Origin: Nymphaea colorata
Taxonomy: Eukaryota
Direction of reading: 5' to 3'
Assembly (NCBI RefSeq): GCF_008831285.2
Contig: NC_045138.2
Location: 38,254,001-38,318,000, forward strand
Length of the DNA stretch: 64,000 nt
Shown: piece by piece, positions 13,787-26,559 of the stretch
Position numbering within the stretch: the stretch's first letter is position 1
How the letters are laid out: every line of letters starts with the position of its first letter
Notes under the pieces: generated by a model
What the model was told of the DNA's origin: nothing
Seen by the model: the letters and a program-made list of their open reading frames with translations, nothing else
Databases searched by the model: none
Program-made: the position numbers and the translations under genes

Positions 13787-13926
13787 AAAGAGATGACTGT
13801 TATGGGTCGTCCCATCTAAAACTAGACAATCTAAAACCTAAAGGACTCTCGAAAGAGATGACTGTTATGTCTAAAACTAGACAATCTAAAACCTAAAGGA
13901 CTCTCTGTATATATATATATATATAT
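13787..13926. repeat. Short imperfect tandem duplication followed by (TA)n
   Basis: GAAAGAGATGACTGTTATG...TCTAAAACTAGACAATCTAAAACCTAAAGGACTCTC occurs twice; the second copy lacks ~10 bp. A (TA)n run follows. Confidence 0.8.
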
Positions 13927-14656
13927 GGAGAGAGGTGCACAAAAAGTTAAGCCCTTCTAAACCTCTCACAGGAGACAAAAATCATGACCTAAGAAAGTGA
14001 AGTTAGGAATGGGAAACCAATGATATCATATTGCAAATTTACAAAGGAAAATTTACACATTTCAGCTTACTCTTTATTGTATTTAGAAAAGATTGGTTCT
14101 GATTTTTTTACAAATGCTTCGCTTTTCATGAAAAATATTAAAGAATTATGTAAACCTAAAAACTAAAATCTTAAGCTGCAACTTCAAATCTTATCTTTGA
14201 CAATTTTTTTTACAAAATAAACTTGGTTGGAGAAGACCTTCTGTAAATAAAAAAAAAAAAAAACCCTCTCTGTCTCTTTCTCACGTCACCTCAATGCTCC
14301 CATTTCCCGAGTCCCCATTTTTAACGTGTTGCTCTCTCGCTCTCTCTCTCTCTACCCACTCTCTCTTTCTCTTCTCTCTCCACCTACTCGCCTACTTGCA
14401 CACGGAGGGAGAGAGAGGGAGGGAGAACCAACAAACACCCGTCCCCAGTTTCATTGTCAACCCAAATTGTCTTCCTTCACCTACCATTTTCTTTTTCTGA
14501 TTTGCTTTCCAGTCTCCACCTTTCCTTCACAATTTTCACTTTCGGCAAAATTGAAAAGAATCCATCCTCTTCCTTTTCTTTCTATTGGCCTTTCTGGATC
14601 ATCGGGACCGTCCAGTATTTTAATTTTTTTTTTGCTTTCGTTCGCCGCTTCCGTAG

Positions 14657-17600
14657 ATGGCCGTCGCTCATGACTCCATGAACTCCGATCGCCAGTTCCT
14701 CCAACAGAAACCCATAATGCACCACCACCTCGACCACCTCTCCGATCACAAGGCCGAGTTCAAGAGGGACATGGAGAACCTCGTTGAATTGCTCTCTAAA
14801 TTGAACCCATCGGCTGAGGAGTTCTTCCCCTCTTCCCACGTCGACCATCGGTCCCATTCGGACGACTCCGTCGAACTCAACAAGGAGTCTGCGACTAATG
14901 TCTCCGGGAATTTCAAAAAGGTGGGAAACATCGTCCCTCGGTCAATTCCTGTTGTCTCTGAGTTGGTTTTAGCCTTTTCTCTCAGTAGAACGAGATTATA
15001 ATATATTTCTTCATTAGCTCGAACAATAAGGCGAGAGTGTGATTCATTTCGATCATAAGGTGGTTGATCGGCGTTTTATGGATGTTTTTTTTTTTGTCAC
15101 GGGCCTGTTTCTGCTGGTTCTATCAACAGCTCTACAGTTTGATCGTCAGTAACTTGAATTTGTTTTGGGATAAAATTTGTCGGTCGTCGCTTACATTTCG
15201 CTTCTTGGGATAAAATATTTTTTATCTTTTCCTTTCTTATTTACTTTTTATTTATTTTATGGTTGGGACAAGTCTTCGTCGCTTTTGCATTCCAATTGTG
15301 TCCTAGTCCAATTAAGAAGATCATTTTTTTCTGTGTAGAGAGTTTGTCTTGCAAGCAGTACCGTCAAAATATACAGTATCCTAACTTAACCGGCTTTGTG
15401 AATGGAAGATTCCATCAAACAGACGTTTGACGTTTGGTGTAGTAGTAGTAAAGTTAGATGTTTGTTTTATGTATTTATGCAAGTTAAATTATGCCTTACA
15501 GAAGAGGAACGGTTACGGTTTAGGGCGGAGGTCCAATGGAAGGTCCTCAAGAGCTCAACAAGAAGAAAGCATCCGGAGAACCGTTTATGTGTCGGACATT
15601 GATCTACAAGTAAGGGAGTGGCGGACGTCTCCTTCAAATTTTCGATTGGATTGACAGTAGTGTTTTAGAGTTTTAAGAATTCCAGTTAATATGAATATTT
15701 GGTTCATTATTAGGTGACTGAAGAGCAGCTTGCCGTCTTATTCAGCACTTGTGGGGAGGTATGTGTTTTTGTTAACTATGCTGACTTTGGCTCATTCATT
15801 TTCAAAAGTATAGTTAGCTTTTTCTTTTTTTTGTTCTGTTCGTTTCTGTGACTTCCTTCCTCAATCTTGATTTTATAACCAAGCAAGTGAGAGCTACTTG
15901 ATAGCGATGAACTGGAACTCTGGCTATTCAGCTGTTGCATCAAAATTCGCCGGTGAAGTTGTTCTAGAGCTTCATCGTTATGGAGAAAATTAGTTGATCA
16001 GCTTTAATGAATGCTTCCAGTAAAGGAATGGTAATCTTCAGAAATGGCATGAGGATCATAAGGCAACCTTGAAGATAGTTCCCTGGTTTAACCTAGACTC
16101 AGTTATCATTTTATATCTATCTGATTTATTCTCAAGGATAATTGTCTTCTACTACTTTCATGCTAGGAAGTATTATGCCATGATAAGCTATAAGAAAATG
16201 CGATGTGGCAGGTCATGCGGTAGTAACTTGGGTCACAAAGTATGTGACCAATAAATAACAATAGAAAAAGAAATTGATGTTAACAGTAAAATGGTAGTAC
16301 TAGAAGAGAGTTGCAGGAATGATATGACCAAGCTTCTCTTCTCTGCTCCTCTTCCCGCTCACCATCATTGTAACTGTTATTATTATTATTGTTACTATTA
16401 TTATTATTATTACTATTATTATTATTACTTAATTCCAGAGGTCTGGGCACATGTAAATTAACAAGAATGTTAAAAGCTGCAAACAGAGCCCACACAAGGC
16501 TTTCCTGCCACCTCACGCTTCTTGTTTTTCCAGAGTGGTGCTTCTGCCAAAATTAATTCGCAGTAATATCTGTACTAGAGAAAACTAAGTGCATCTGCCA
16601 TTAAGCTTTTACTGATCCGAGTCTGATTTGTTTGTGTTGACCAAGATACAGAGAAAAGAGAGTTGTACAATTGGATGATCCGTAAACACAAGCAATCATT
16701 TGTCCAAATTTTTTAGCGTGTTTCCTTAGTAGTATATAACTATACTTCAACTGCTGACCACAGGAGCACTGCAGCCACTTTTTTCGTTGTGCAATGATGA
16801 AAAGAACGGGAGTATTAGTAATAGTAAGCACCTTTAGTTAGTCTAACAGAAAAACATCTAGCAAATCAGCACCAAAGCTGCCAATATTTCATCAACCTGA
16901 TAAAAAGGTTACCGTTACATGATTACATCTAGGAATCCAGCACCAAGAGCTGCTCATTCTTTATGAATCTGGGGGTTCTTTTCTATGCTAGTAGTGATTA
17001 ACATGAACTGTAAATGTGGTTGTGTCTAGCCTTAATGGAACTTGAAATGTTGCTTTGAAAATTTAGGCAAACCAAACTAGTCTTTTGTTATTGAAAGGAC
17101 ACTATGCTGAAGAATAAGTTTTGCTGGATTGCTGTGCCAAGATGGCCATGGAAATCAAGAGCTTATTTCCATTTGGTTTATCCCACAAAGTGAAGTTCTA
17201 TTGAAATGTTAGATCACAAATGCATTTTTTGTGAATTTGATAAAATTATTAACATGATTTAGATTGGGTGATGCTTTCTGATGAAATTTGTATATCTTCT
17301 GTCAACTCACATGTACATGGACTACTCTTTTTCCAGCTTTCCAGTACAGCTTGTGCATTTTAGTTGCATTTTCTTATTTGGAAATTGGAAAACTGTTATT
17401 ATGTGATTATTTCAACACAAGATGATGACATCAGTTGTGAAAAGAAAAAAGTTGCTTGCTTTTCATGCTTGCCTTTCCTCTTCATTTTTGTTTTCCATCA
17501 GAAGTTTTTTTTTTTCTGGTGGTCTCTAAATCCTGAAAATACTTCCACTTAAGGTACTTGATTGCCGTATTTGTGGGGATCCTCATTCAGTGCTTCGATT

Positions 17601-19906
17601 TGCATTTGTAGAGTTTGCTGATGAGAGTAAGTTGCTCTTGATCAAACAACCTCTTTGAGTTGCAATTTGCACTTTTCTGCCAGTAATCATTGTCTTTAAG
17701 TTTTGCTTACCAATTGTAGTTGAATGTGTGTTCACAGAAGGTGCAAAAGCATCCTTAAATCTTGCAGGGACAATGCTGGGCTATTATCCAGTAAGAGTTT
17801 TACCTTCAAAAACTGCAATCTTGCCTGTTAATCCCACTTTTCTTCCAAAGGTGAGTTTGGTAGTGGCAACTCCTTTAAGACTTTTGCCCTTTTAATTCTC
17901 CAGCTTTTCCATACAACCTTTTTTGACTGGCCATGCATGAATTATTGATCTTGACACAGTCTGAAGATGAACGGGAAATGTGTGCACGGACAGTCTATTG
18001 TACAAATATTGATAAGAAAGTAAGTAGTCCTTATGAATTGCAAGCACTTTAATCCTAATGTTGTATGCATGAAATCCTTATGCATTGGCGCTGTGAAATT
18101 TCAGAGGCTCATGAAAACTTTGTTACTTATATTCGAATTGAAGTACTGACAGATGATCTATCAAATAAAAAATTTTACAGGCTTCTCAAGCAGATGTGAA
18201 AACTTTCTTTGAGATGTATTGTGGTGAGGTTAGTTTACTATACGATCAGTTTTAGAACTTTAACTAATGGGTCCTTCTTTCCCTAGATTTTTATTCTTTC
18301 TCTGCTACAGGTTTCCCGCTTGAGGCTTCTAGGTGATCATGTACACTCTACACGGATTGCGTTTGTTGAGTTTGTGTCTGTAAGTATTTGTCAAATTATA
18401 AACTGGCTTATCTGAGTTTCTTGGAGAATGGCATGTTTGAATCTCCTATTATCTGCTGTTTTTGATGACCTCTAGAAAGTCATAAGAAGCAGATGCATGG
18501 AAGTCGAAAGTTCGACTTGCGATATTTATACTCGTTAGCATAATTCAGTTGACTAGGTAATGCACATTCTGTAAGCATGCAATCTGAAATTACATTAACA
18601 TAGCATAAAAAGCTTTCTTACTCCTGCTAAAAGAATACAGTCCAACAGCCAAATGCAAGTTTCGTGAGCTACCAATGTTATAGTTGATCATTATGTCTTA
18701 ACCCGAGAATGATTAATAAGATCTGCAGGGCCGTTTGTATATGAGCCGCAAGTCCAGTAGAAAGATGCAGGCCTTTTAATGGTTCACTGAGAAATTCTGA
18801 TTGAGATTTTAAATATGCTACGTCAATGTAGTTTGACAATAATATCTTTGCTACTTCCACTTAGGAAGATCTATACAAATTGTTTTGATATGACTGGTAG
18901 GAGGTCTGGGAAGCTTGGCCAGTGAAAGAAAAAGGAAAAAACATGTAATGTAGAAGACAGAAGGATGTTTATTCAACATTGCAGATCCAACCAGATGTTG
19001 TACAATGGAGTACAAGACCTATACTTAAGACAAGGAAAAAACATGTAATGTAGAAATGAGTGATGTGGAAGATGGTTCCCTTGTCTGCAGTACGATTAAT
19101 AGGATCCTGTCAAAATGGTCTGTAAAGTCCTGCTGAATAAGAAAAGAAAAGACTGAATTTATGGTTTTCAATGACTAAGAAGGGACACCTCTCTGTATTA
19201 CAAGGAACTACACATCTCTGACACTGCAAGTTTGTGCAATTGTATGGGAGTCTCCCCTTCCTGTGCCTCCTGCAACATGCCTCTTTATGTATGTGTGCGG
19301 AGCCAGCTTCCTCCACCTGGCAAAGAGTGCTATTTAGAATGGCTATTGCTTTGTTAATTTTGGAATATTTTCTTTTACCACTTTGTTCTCAGTCTTAGTT
19401 TGTAATTCCAATAATCATGGTTGAGCTTCTTCCAGGAGGATTTATGTCTTCCATTTTGTTTCTTACAAATGCTAATGCTGTCATGAAAACAGTGTAACAT
19501 CCACATTGCCATAAGTCAGCGTCAGCTTAAAAGTTTTGGTGTTTTACTTTTGGTCTAATCGGTTGAATCTTATGCACGTAGTTGCTTCGTTGTTCTGTAT
19601 CCTGATCTCTTGTCACATTGGCTTTCAATCAGAATGAGCAGCATTGCACTATTCCTTGTGATTTGCTTGGTTTTGACAATTTGACTTATTTGGACCATTT
19701 CAGGCAGAAAGTGCATTGAGCGCACTGAATCTTAGCGGAGCAATATTAGGATCACTTCCAATCAGGTAATGATTGCCTAGAAGTTAAATGTCTCTTATAT
19801 TTTTTGAACTCTGCATGGTGATGGATCTCTATCTTGGTCCAGAGTAAGTCCTTCCAAGACACCTGTAAGGCCTCGTGCAGTTCGAGCAACAACACAGTAT
19901 CAATAG
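14657..19906 (+). CDS. Polyadenylate-binding protein-interacting protein, CID8/CID9-like (PAM2 motif + two RRMs), 10 coding exons
   Basis: Exons: 14657-14920, 15502-15609, 15714-15758, 17554-17626, 17738-17850, 17960-18019, 18181-18228, 18311-18379, 19704-19765, 19843-19906, all GT-AG and in phase. PAM2 motif LSKLNPSAEEFFPS. RRM1: RRTVYVSDID-QVTEEQLA...DCRICGDPHSVLRFAFVEF...YPVRVLPSKTAI. RRM2: RTVYCTNIDKK...RLRLLGDHVHSTRIAFVEF...LPIRVSPSKTPVRPR. Confidence 0.95.
16375..16430. repeat. (ATT)n-type microsatellite in CID intron 3
   Basis: Imperfect TTATTATTA/TTACTA run. Confidence 0.85.
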
Positions 19907-22900
19907 ATAGCTCAGAGATACCAATCAAAGTCCATGAGGGACTCTGTTGATGGGGTTTTTTCTTCCCATATTGGAGCCTTGGAGGCAGCATCGTTTTATT
20001 TTTGGCAGCTGGTATTTTGTTTTATTAGATAACTTGTTGCTATATGCACTCCACATCTCTCTCTGTCTCTCTCCTGGAAGAGGTAGCATCAGTTGTAATC
20101 CATGTCATTTCTGCAGTGTGAATACGATGACTTGGGTTTGAACATCAATGCTGAGACTATTGGTTTGTTTCCTTCCATGACTCCGGTTATTATTGCATCT
20201 TAATTACGATTTCCTTGATGAAATTGGAATGCTTACCCTATAAAGGGTGGAATTAGAAAACCTGATTCAGTAACGAAAAGTTTTATAAGAGCTTAATTCA
20301 TTGGTACGTGGCAAACTATTTTGTCAAGTTTGTCAAAATTTTCACACTTCATTCTTCCTACATCTAGAAGAAAAAGCAAAGAAAGAAGAACGGTGTTACG
20401 CTGGCTTTAAACTGGCAAGCAGCCATCTAAGTTCACCAATCCTGAGAAATACCAGATGTTCCCAATTTTCTGGATCCCAGTCCTTGTTCGTGTGAATCAC
20501 AGTGAGAGTGTGTATTACAGAACCAATCATATAGGCCTACCAAGCCTTTACAGTTTCGCATGTCTGCAACCATTCACGCTCTTGATACTTTCTTGGTTAG
20601 AAGTACCTCTTATCTGTATTAGTATATATGCATGGGATGTACATGTGCTTATTCCTTGATGCCTGAGGTCAGATCAAGGTCAGATCATGGCATAGATCAT
20701 GGCATGGGAGCACAGTTTCTGAAACGTTCATCTTTGTACATGTATTGTTTGTTCACACGCACACACATGCCCCAGACGCATTTTCTCGGCGTCTACTGGA
20801 GCACGAGCCTTTTAATTTAGCAGTTTCTTCCAAAGGTTCTTTCATCCAAACAAAAAGAGTACCCTTTCCACAGACGATCCAGGGGGGTGGATTTGTTAGA
20901 GCCAAAGGAGTTACAACAATGAAATAACTTATGACACGTGAATGACTTGAACAGAGGAGGCTCAGAATTTCATTAAATTCATCGTCCATGCATCTGCCAT
21001 GGCTGTAGTGATCCATACTAAATGCATGTGCGCAGTATCAAGCAGGCCATGGCTTCTGTTGCCTGTAGCTGCAACTTGTCGGTACATTAATGGGGCATGA
21101 TGGTGATGAAATTGAGGATCAACACACATGATTTGAAGAAAAAGTGAGAAAAGCTGGACGTTCACTTGCCTGTCGAACGACTAAAATTCAAAAGGTGCTT
21201 GTGCTTTTGTGCTATTGAATTTGTGGTTTGTAGGGCACTGCGTTAAATGTTTTTTCTTGTAATGTAAAGTGGCCATTATATCTAGATCTTTATTCATTTT
21301 TTTTTAAAATTTAATTTCAACTTTTCTCAGGTCCGTGTCACGCAATCTGTATCGGTCGCTTGCGGTTACTGCGTTGCCAAAAGTTCATCCGGAAAATGGA
21401 AAGATTGAGATGACCCGTAGTCAGGATTCACAAATTTCTTTCCGGTTTAGAAGCTCTTATCTGCCTTTTACATCTGCTTGGAACCTAATGCCTTCAATTT
21501 TGCCTTTAACAAGTGATCATTTATCGACATCAGACACAATGATGCCATGTAAGCATTTACTTGTAGGCTCGATGTAACTAAAAAATGTCAATGCGTGCGT
21601 TGGGATTAACACAAATGAAAAACTCCAATTAAATTCCTCTAGGACTCGGGGGATCATACATGAAACTGAACATGGTTTATGAAATTCTGTAATCAACCTT
21701 AGGCTGGGTAGTTGCCTAAAATTGATCTTGATCTTGTGGTGAACAAGAGATTTCCTAATAAATCCTGATTTAACTGGCAAACCAAGTCGTGTAACTTATC
21801 ATGTTAACAAAGCCAGGAAACACTCTTTTCTCAATATAAAACCAAAAAAACTGTGAACCTTGTCAGATCTCAGACCCTTTTATCTGATAAAGCTTAGACG
21901 TTGGTGCAGAGCTTCGATTCATGCCACACCAAATTCTTGAGATTAAGATCCAAGGACCAAGCACACCACATATTGCCGATCGCAGAAAAAGAGGGAGAGA
22001 GAGAGAGACGCCGATATTTGCCTTGATGCTAAGCTCCTTTTTCCTTTTGCTCGTTCCCCATTCCCTGATAACGGCCTTCATAGAAATCTCTCAAAGATTC
22101 AAATCCCAGAGGAAAAAGCCTGAACCCAGCAAGGATTGACCACAGCATAAAAAAAGAGGGTGAGTCATGGTCGCAATACTTGAAAAAGGTGCTGCCCCTC
22201 CCCCACCCACCTTTCTGCTGGTCAGTGAAGGAGATGATGCCTTGGCAGCACATTTTGTAAAGTTCATGGGGGCCAGGTGATGATGCTCTCACAAGTATTC
22301 ACAAAGCACATGGACCTCATCATCCTTTTGCTTTTCTTGGTGTTCAATTTTGTTCAGGAAAATGTCGAAGTACCAACCATTTCTCAACTCTTTCTGTCTC
22401 TCTCTCCCTCTCTCTGCTTTAATTCTCTACAGGCTTTTGGTTAAACAAGTCGGTCTGTTCCGTAGGATGGTGTAGAGAGAATGGTAAGATTCTGTGAGCG
22501 TCCAACCAAACTAATACAAGATTTCTTGTGGTAGCACGCTTAAGCTTTCCTGGAGATTCTGTTGCATTCTAGTTTACTCTGGACGACTCTCGTTCCTTTC
22601 CACAGGTTCTTGCTTATACATGGGGTTAACCTCCCCGCAGGCTTCATTTTTTTTTGAAAAAGGAAAGGAATGGAGACTTGCCATGCAGTTAGATGGAAAA
22701 GAAAACAAAAAAGAGGAAAACTTTGACGAATTGTTGTTGTCCTTATTCTTCTCCAAAGGTAGGGGAATCCCCATCTCTTTCCGTCGGTGCTGATGAAAGA
22801 ATATGCTAAAGAGTTGAAAGCATTGTTCCTGAAGAATTCCCGTCACCCTCTACTTTAAACAATATAAATATATAGCTGAGATAGATGAAACAGAGACCTA

Positions 22901-24535
22901 CCAGTTTATGTCGAGATGCAATTTGGGTGCTAAACTCTGGAACTCTTTCAACTTTAAGGTCTTCAGTCCCTTAATCTGGTGGATGAAGCTCTTGTTGGTT
23001 ATTTATTTTGCTTAAATAACTTTGATTAAGTAACTTCAAAATCTGCTAACTTGATTAAGTAATTAGTAGTTTCCAAGAAAAGTCCCATACATTAGGTTAG
23101 AAGGTTGGACTTGAGATCTTCCAGCTGAAGAATTCAAGAATTCAGTAACCAAGAAGTGTCCTCTCTTGGCATAATCTGATATGGGTATGACTAACTCCAG
23201 CTAAGGAAAAAACTAATTAAAACACTTGATATAGATAGCCTTGATAATTATTCTACAAGTCTTTTTTTCCCCTTTCAAACGAACATCTTACGAGGATCAA
23301 GCATGTAGAAAAGTAGAATTCGTCATATTCTTTGAACCAGAAATTTATACTTGAATCTGTCTAAGGTTTTAAAAAAACACATTAAATGCCCCTTTCAAAT
23401 TGGCTAAGATTCTAAGGTACTACAATCGCTCTCTTTAATTGGATAAAGGGGTGCGATTAAGAAATAAAGTGACCGAGAAACGATTCCATATTCTGGAGAA
23501 ATGATATTTACAAAGAAAAAGAAAGCTCATAGTCTGAAATCAACCATATGTACAGTTTCATATCCGGAAAAGTATAGGAATATGATAAATTGTTTCCTGC
23601 AAGTTGTTCATCATTGCACTATGGATGTGATTCGTTTTCCTCCAAAAGGGTAGTTTCGCTTCATAATAAAAGCGAAAAGTTATTAAATGATTACTAATAA
23701 ATATTAATATCATTATTTTGGGTTCTCTCTCATGATCTTTCAGTTTGAGAAACAAGAAGTTCAAACATTTTTTCTTGACACCTTTCCAGATTTCATATGT
23801 TTCAGTTCAGTGATGCAAGTCTGACCGTTACGATTCGATCTCTTTGGGTTTCATGTTTTAAAATTGCAGTCAAATTTATTCACTCATAATTATCTATACC
23901 ATGGACTTGTTACGTCTATATAGGTGCTATATTGATTTGTGCCATATCTAAAATCAATCTTTGCTTACTAGCAAATACTGCTATTTTGGGATTTTGAGTT
24001 TTTTACATTATTATTGCAGGAGATGAAGCCTATCATGAACAAAAAAAAATCCTAGTTATTGTAAGCAAGAGTTCCTTCGAGTCTCCAAGGGAGGTTGGCG
24101 CAATGGACGGGGCAAAGGCTAGTAGATGGGCAACCTTTGTTTCGAATCTGTAAGATGTCAACTCTTTATGTTGCAAAAGGAGGCCACCAATATCCAAGTT
24201 GAAATACCGTAGAGGCGACATCCTAAAGCATGAAAAACATGCTCTATACCTTAAATGGGTTAACGGTTGAGAGATAGAAATGTTAGACACTTATATGCAA
24301 GACCCAAAAACAATTTCAACTTTTGATCTTCTTTAAATCAAAGGTTGAGAGAAAAACAAAGATAAAAAGGTATGAATTAATACTAATAACAAAAATGGCC
24401 ATCACTTTTTTCTTTTATGTTTTTTTTTTATATAACCATCATAAAAGATTAAGGGTTGAGAACTTCATCTTTATCAATCTAACATCTAATTGTCTAACAT
24501 CTATCAACGAAGCAATAAGTTATTAATTTGTGAAC

Positions 24536-25940
24536 TTAAATTAAAAATCTCCATCTCATTAAAACAATGAATGAACATATAGATAGAAAAATGCATGCCA
24601 CGGTGCGGTGAAAGTCCACGCTCGTTGCCTGTTTCAAGGTCATAAAAAAACAAATAAATTAATCAAGCAGAAACATCAAAATCTTTTGTGCGTGTATGCA
24701 TGTAGGTAAGTGTACAAAACCAAGTTAAGTTTGGCCTAACAAGGGCAATGTTAAAGGGAAAAGAGAAGCATGGACTACTGACCTTGGAGCCATGAGATGC
24801 TAAAGAGACAGAGGTAGATCCAGTTGAGATGTCAGCCAGTCCCACATCATAAACCATGGTGCCATCAGGCTGATAAAGCCCATAATTCCTCTCAGATGTT
24901 GGCCCTGGCTTCATGTCCTCATTGAACAAGGCAAACAGGTAGACCTCCAGTCTCTGGCTGGGCCTAAGAGGTGTCCCTTCATTCTCAAGCTGCCTCCTCA
25001 GCAAGTTCCTGTTGTAGGACTCAGCATTGTCCATGGTTGCCCCATACTCATCTGGGTCCCCTTTGGAGGGCCACCCTGTCTCAGAAACCCTGACCTCCAC
25101 CCCCCCAAACCCTAACCTAGCCATTGCAATGATCACAGCATCAACCTGTGCATAGAGCATGTTGTCATAGTGCAACCTGGTGTATGGATCCACCATCCCT
25201 TCATTGGGCTCAAAGAGCACATAGCCCAAGGGCACAGTTGTTGGGTTACCCTTATAAGCAAAGAAAGGGTAGGCATTGATCCAAAAGGGTGCACTTGTTT
25301 GAACCAAGAACTGCAACATGGGCTCGATCAGACCGGCAAGGTCCGAGCGGAACGAGCCGGTCGATGGTGGGTAGGAATTTACGAGGACTGCCAGGGAGTT
25401 GGAGGTTGACACGTGTACCGACGAGTCGAGCCCGAGTTGGACTAGTGCACCATAGATGCTGGCCATGGCTGGGACCAAGTTGGTCATGAGTTGTGTGTCA
25501 TTGCTGGTGAAGACCTCATTGCCAATTGAGATGCCACTGATCTTGGTCGCTGGTACGTATGGCTTGATCTGGGTCGTGACCCACTGGAGCGCTTGTTGCG
25601 GGTCAACCATTTGGCTGACGAGCTCGTTGGCGAGCGTCACGGTGAGGTCGATGCCGGAGTTAGCGAAAGCGGTCAACACCTTGGGGTTGGTGTCGTAGAT
25701 CCTGATTTTGGTGACCTTGAGGGACTGCAGGAGAATGACCACCTTGTCTGGTGATGGCAAATTGTCGGCTACTTGTCCATAATTAATCCCCAAAGCTGCA
25801 CCTTCTTGTAGCAGTCCAAACTCTGCAAGTGTGTTCCAAAGAAACAAATCAAGAAGACAAACTGTTGATTATGGTGCCCACAAACACACTCAGTTCCAAA
25901 TAGGCTGTAAGCTAAGTATCTTCATAATCTGTTTGCAGTA

Positions 25941-26018
<78 letters not shown>

Positions 26019-26273
26019 CAGGCTGGAAATATTTTACTTGAAACTTGGTTGGTAGTAGCAAATGGAAAAGAGTTGTTGATATTGATTTGAAGGAAGATGA
26101 AGAAATGTGTGAGAGAGAGAGGCAGGCTGGGAATGTTTTACTTGAAAATTTGGTTGGTAGTTTCATTATAGCATGAAATCATCAAAGCAAATAGAAGAGT
26201 GGTTGATAATGTTTCAAGGGATGATGAAGAAATGTGAGAAAGCAGAGAGAGAGCGAGAGAGAGAGCGAGAGAG

Positions 26274-26304
<31 letters not shown>

Positions 26305-26559
26305 TACAAGTGAAAAGCAGCTGGAGACATTTGATCAGAAAACCTGGTTGACAGTTTCCAATTTGGCATGAAAGCATGAAAGCAAATAGAAAGCAAAGCA
26401 AAGGGATTCCAGTGGAGAAGATGGTGAAGAAACGAAAGAAAGCTGACGAAGAGGAAGAGAGAGAAGGAGAGAGATACCTGAAATGGAGAGGTGCAGCAGA
26501 AGAACTGTAGCCAAGAATGAAGGAGAGGGTGCAGGAAAAGAATTGGAAAGAACAGCCAT
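24536..26559 (-). CDS. Glucan endo-1,3-beta-glucosidase (GH17), signal peptide, likely GPI-anchored, no X8 domain (~404 aa)
   Basis: Exons 26559-26478 (signal-peptide-like MAVLSNSF...LATVLLLHLSIS), 25822-24783 and 24628-24536. GH17 motifs GINYGQVADNLP, IGNEV, INAYPFFAY, VSETGWPSKGD, FALFNEDMKPGPTSERNYGLY. Ser-rich linker followed by a hydrophobic C-terminal tail (VACIFLSICSFIVLMRWRFLI*). Confidence 0.95.
25944..26400. repeat. (TA)n/(GA)n microsatellites and a diverged triplicated ~100-130-bp unit in GH17 intron 1
   Basis: (TA)~20 then (GA)~13. The unit GCAGGCTGG-AAT-TTTTACTTGAAA-TTGGTTGGTAGT...GATGAAGAAATGTG recurs at ~26017 and ~26121, with a more diverged copy at ~26317. Each copy is preceded by a GA tract. 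Confidence 0.75.
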
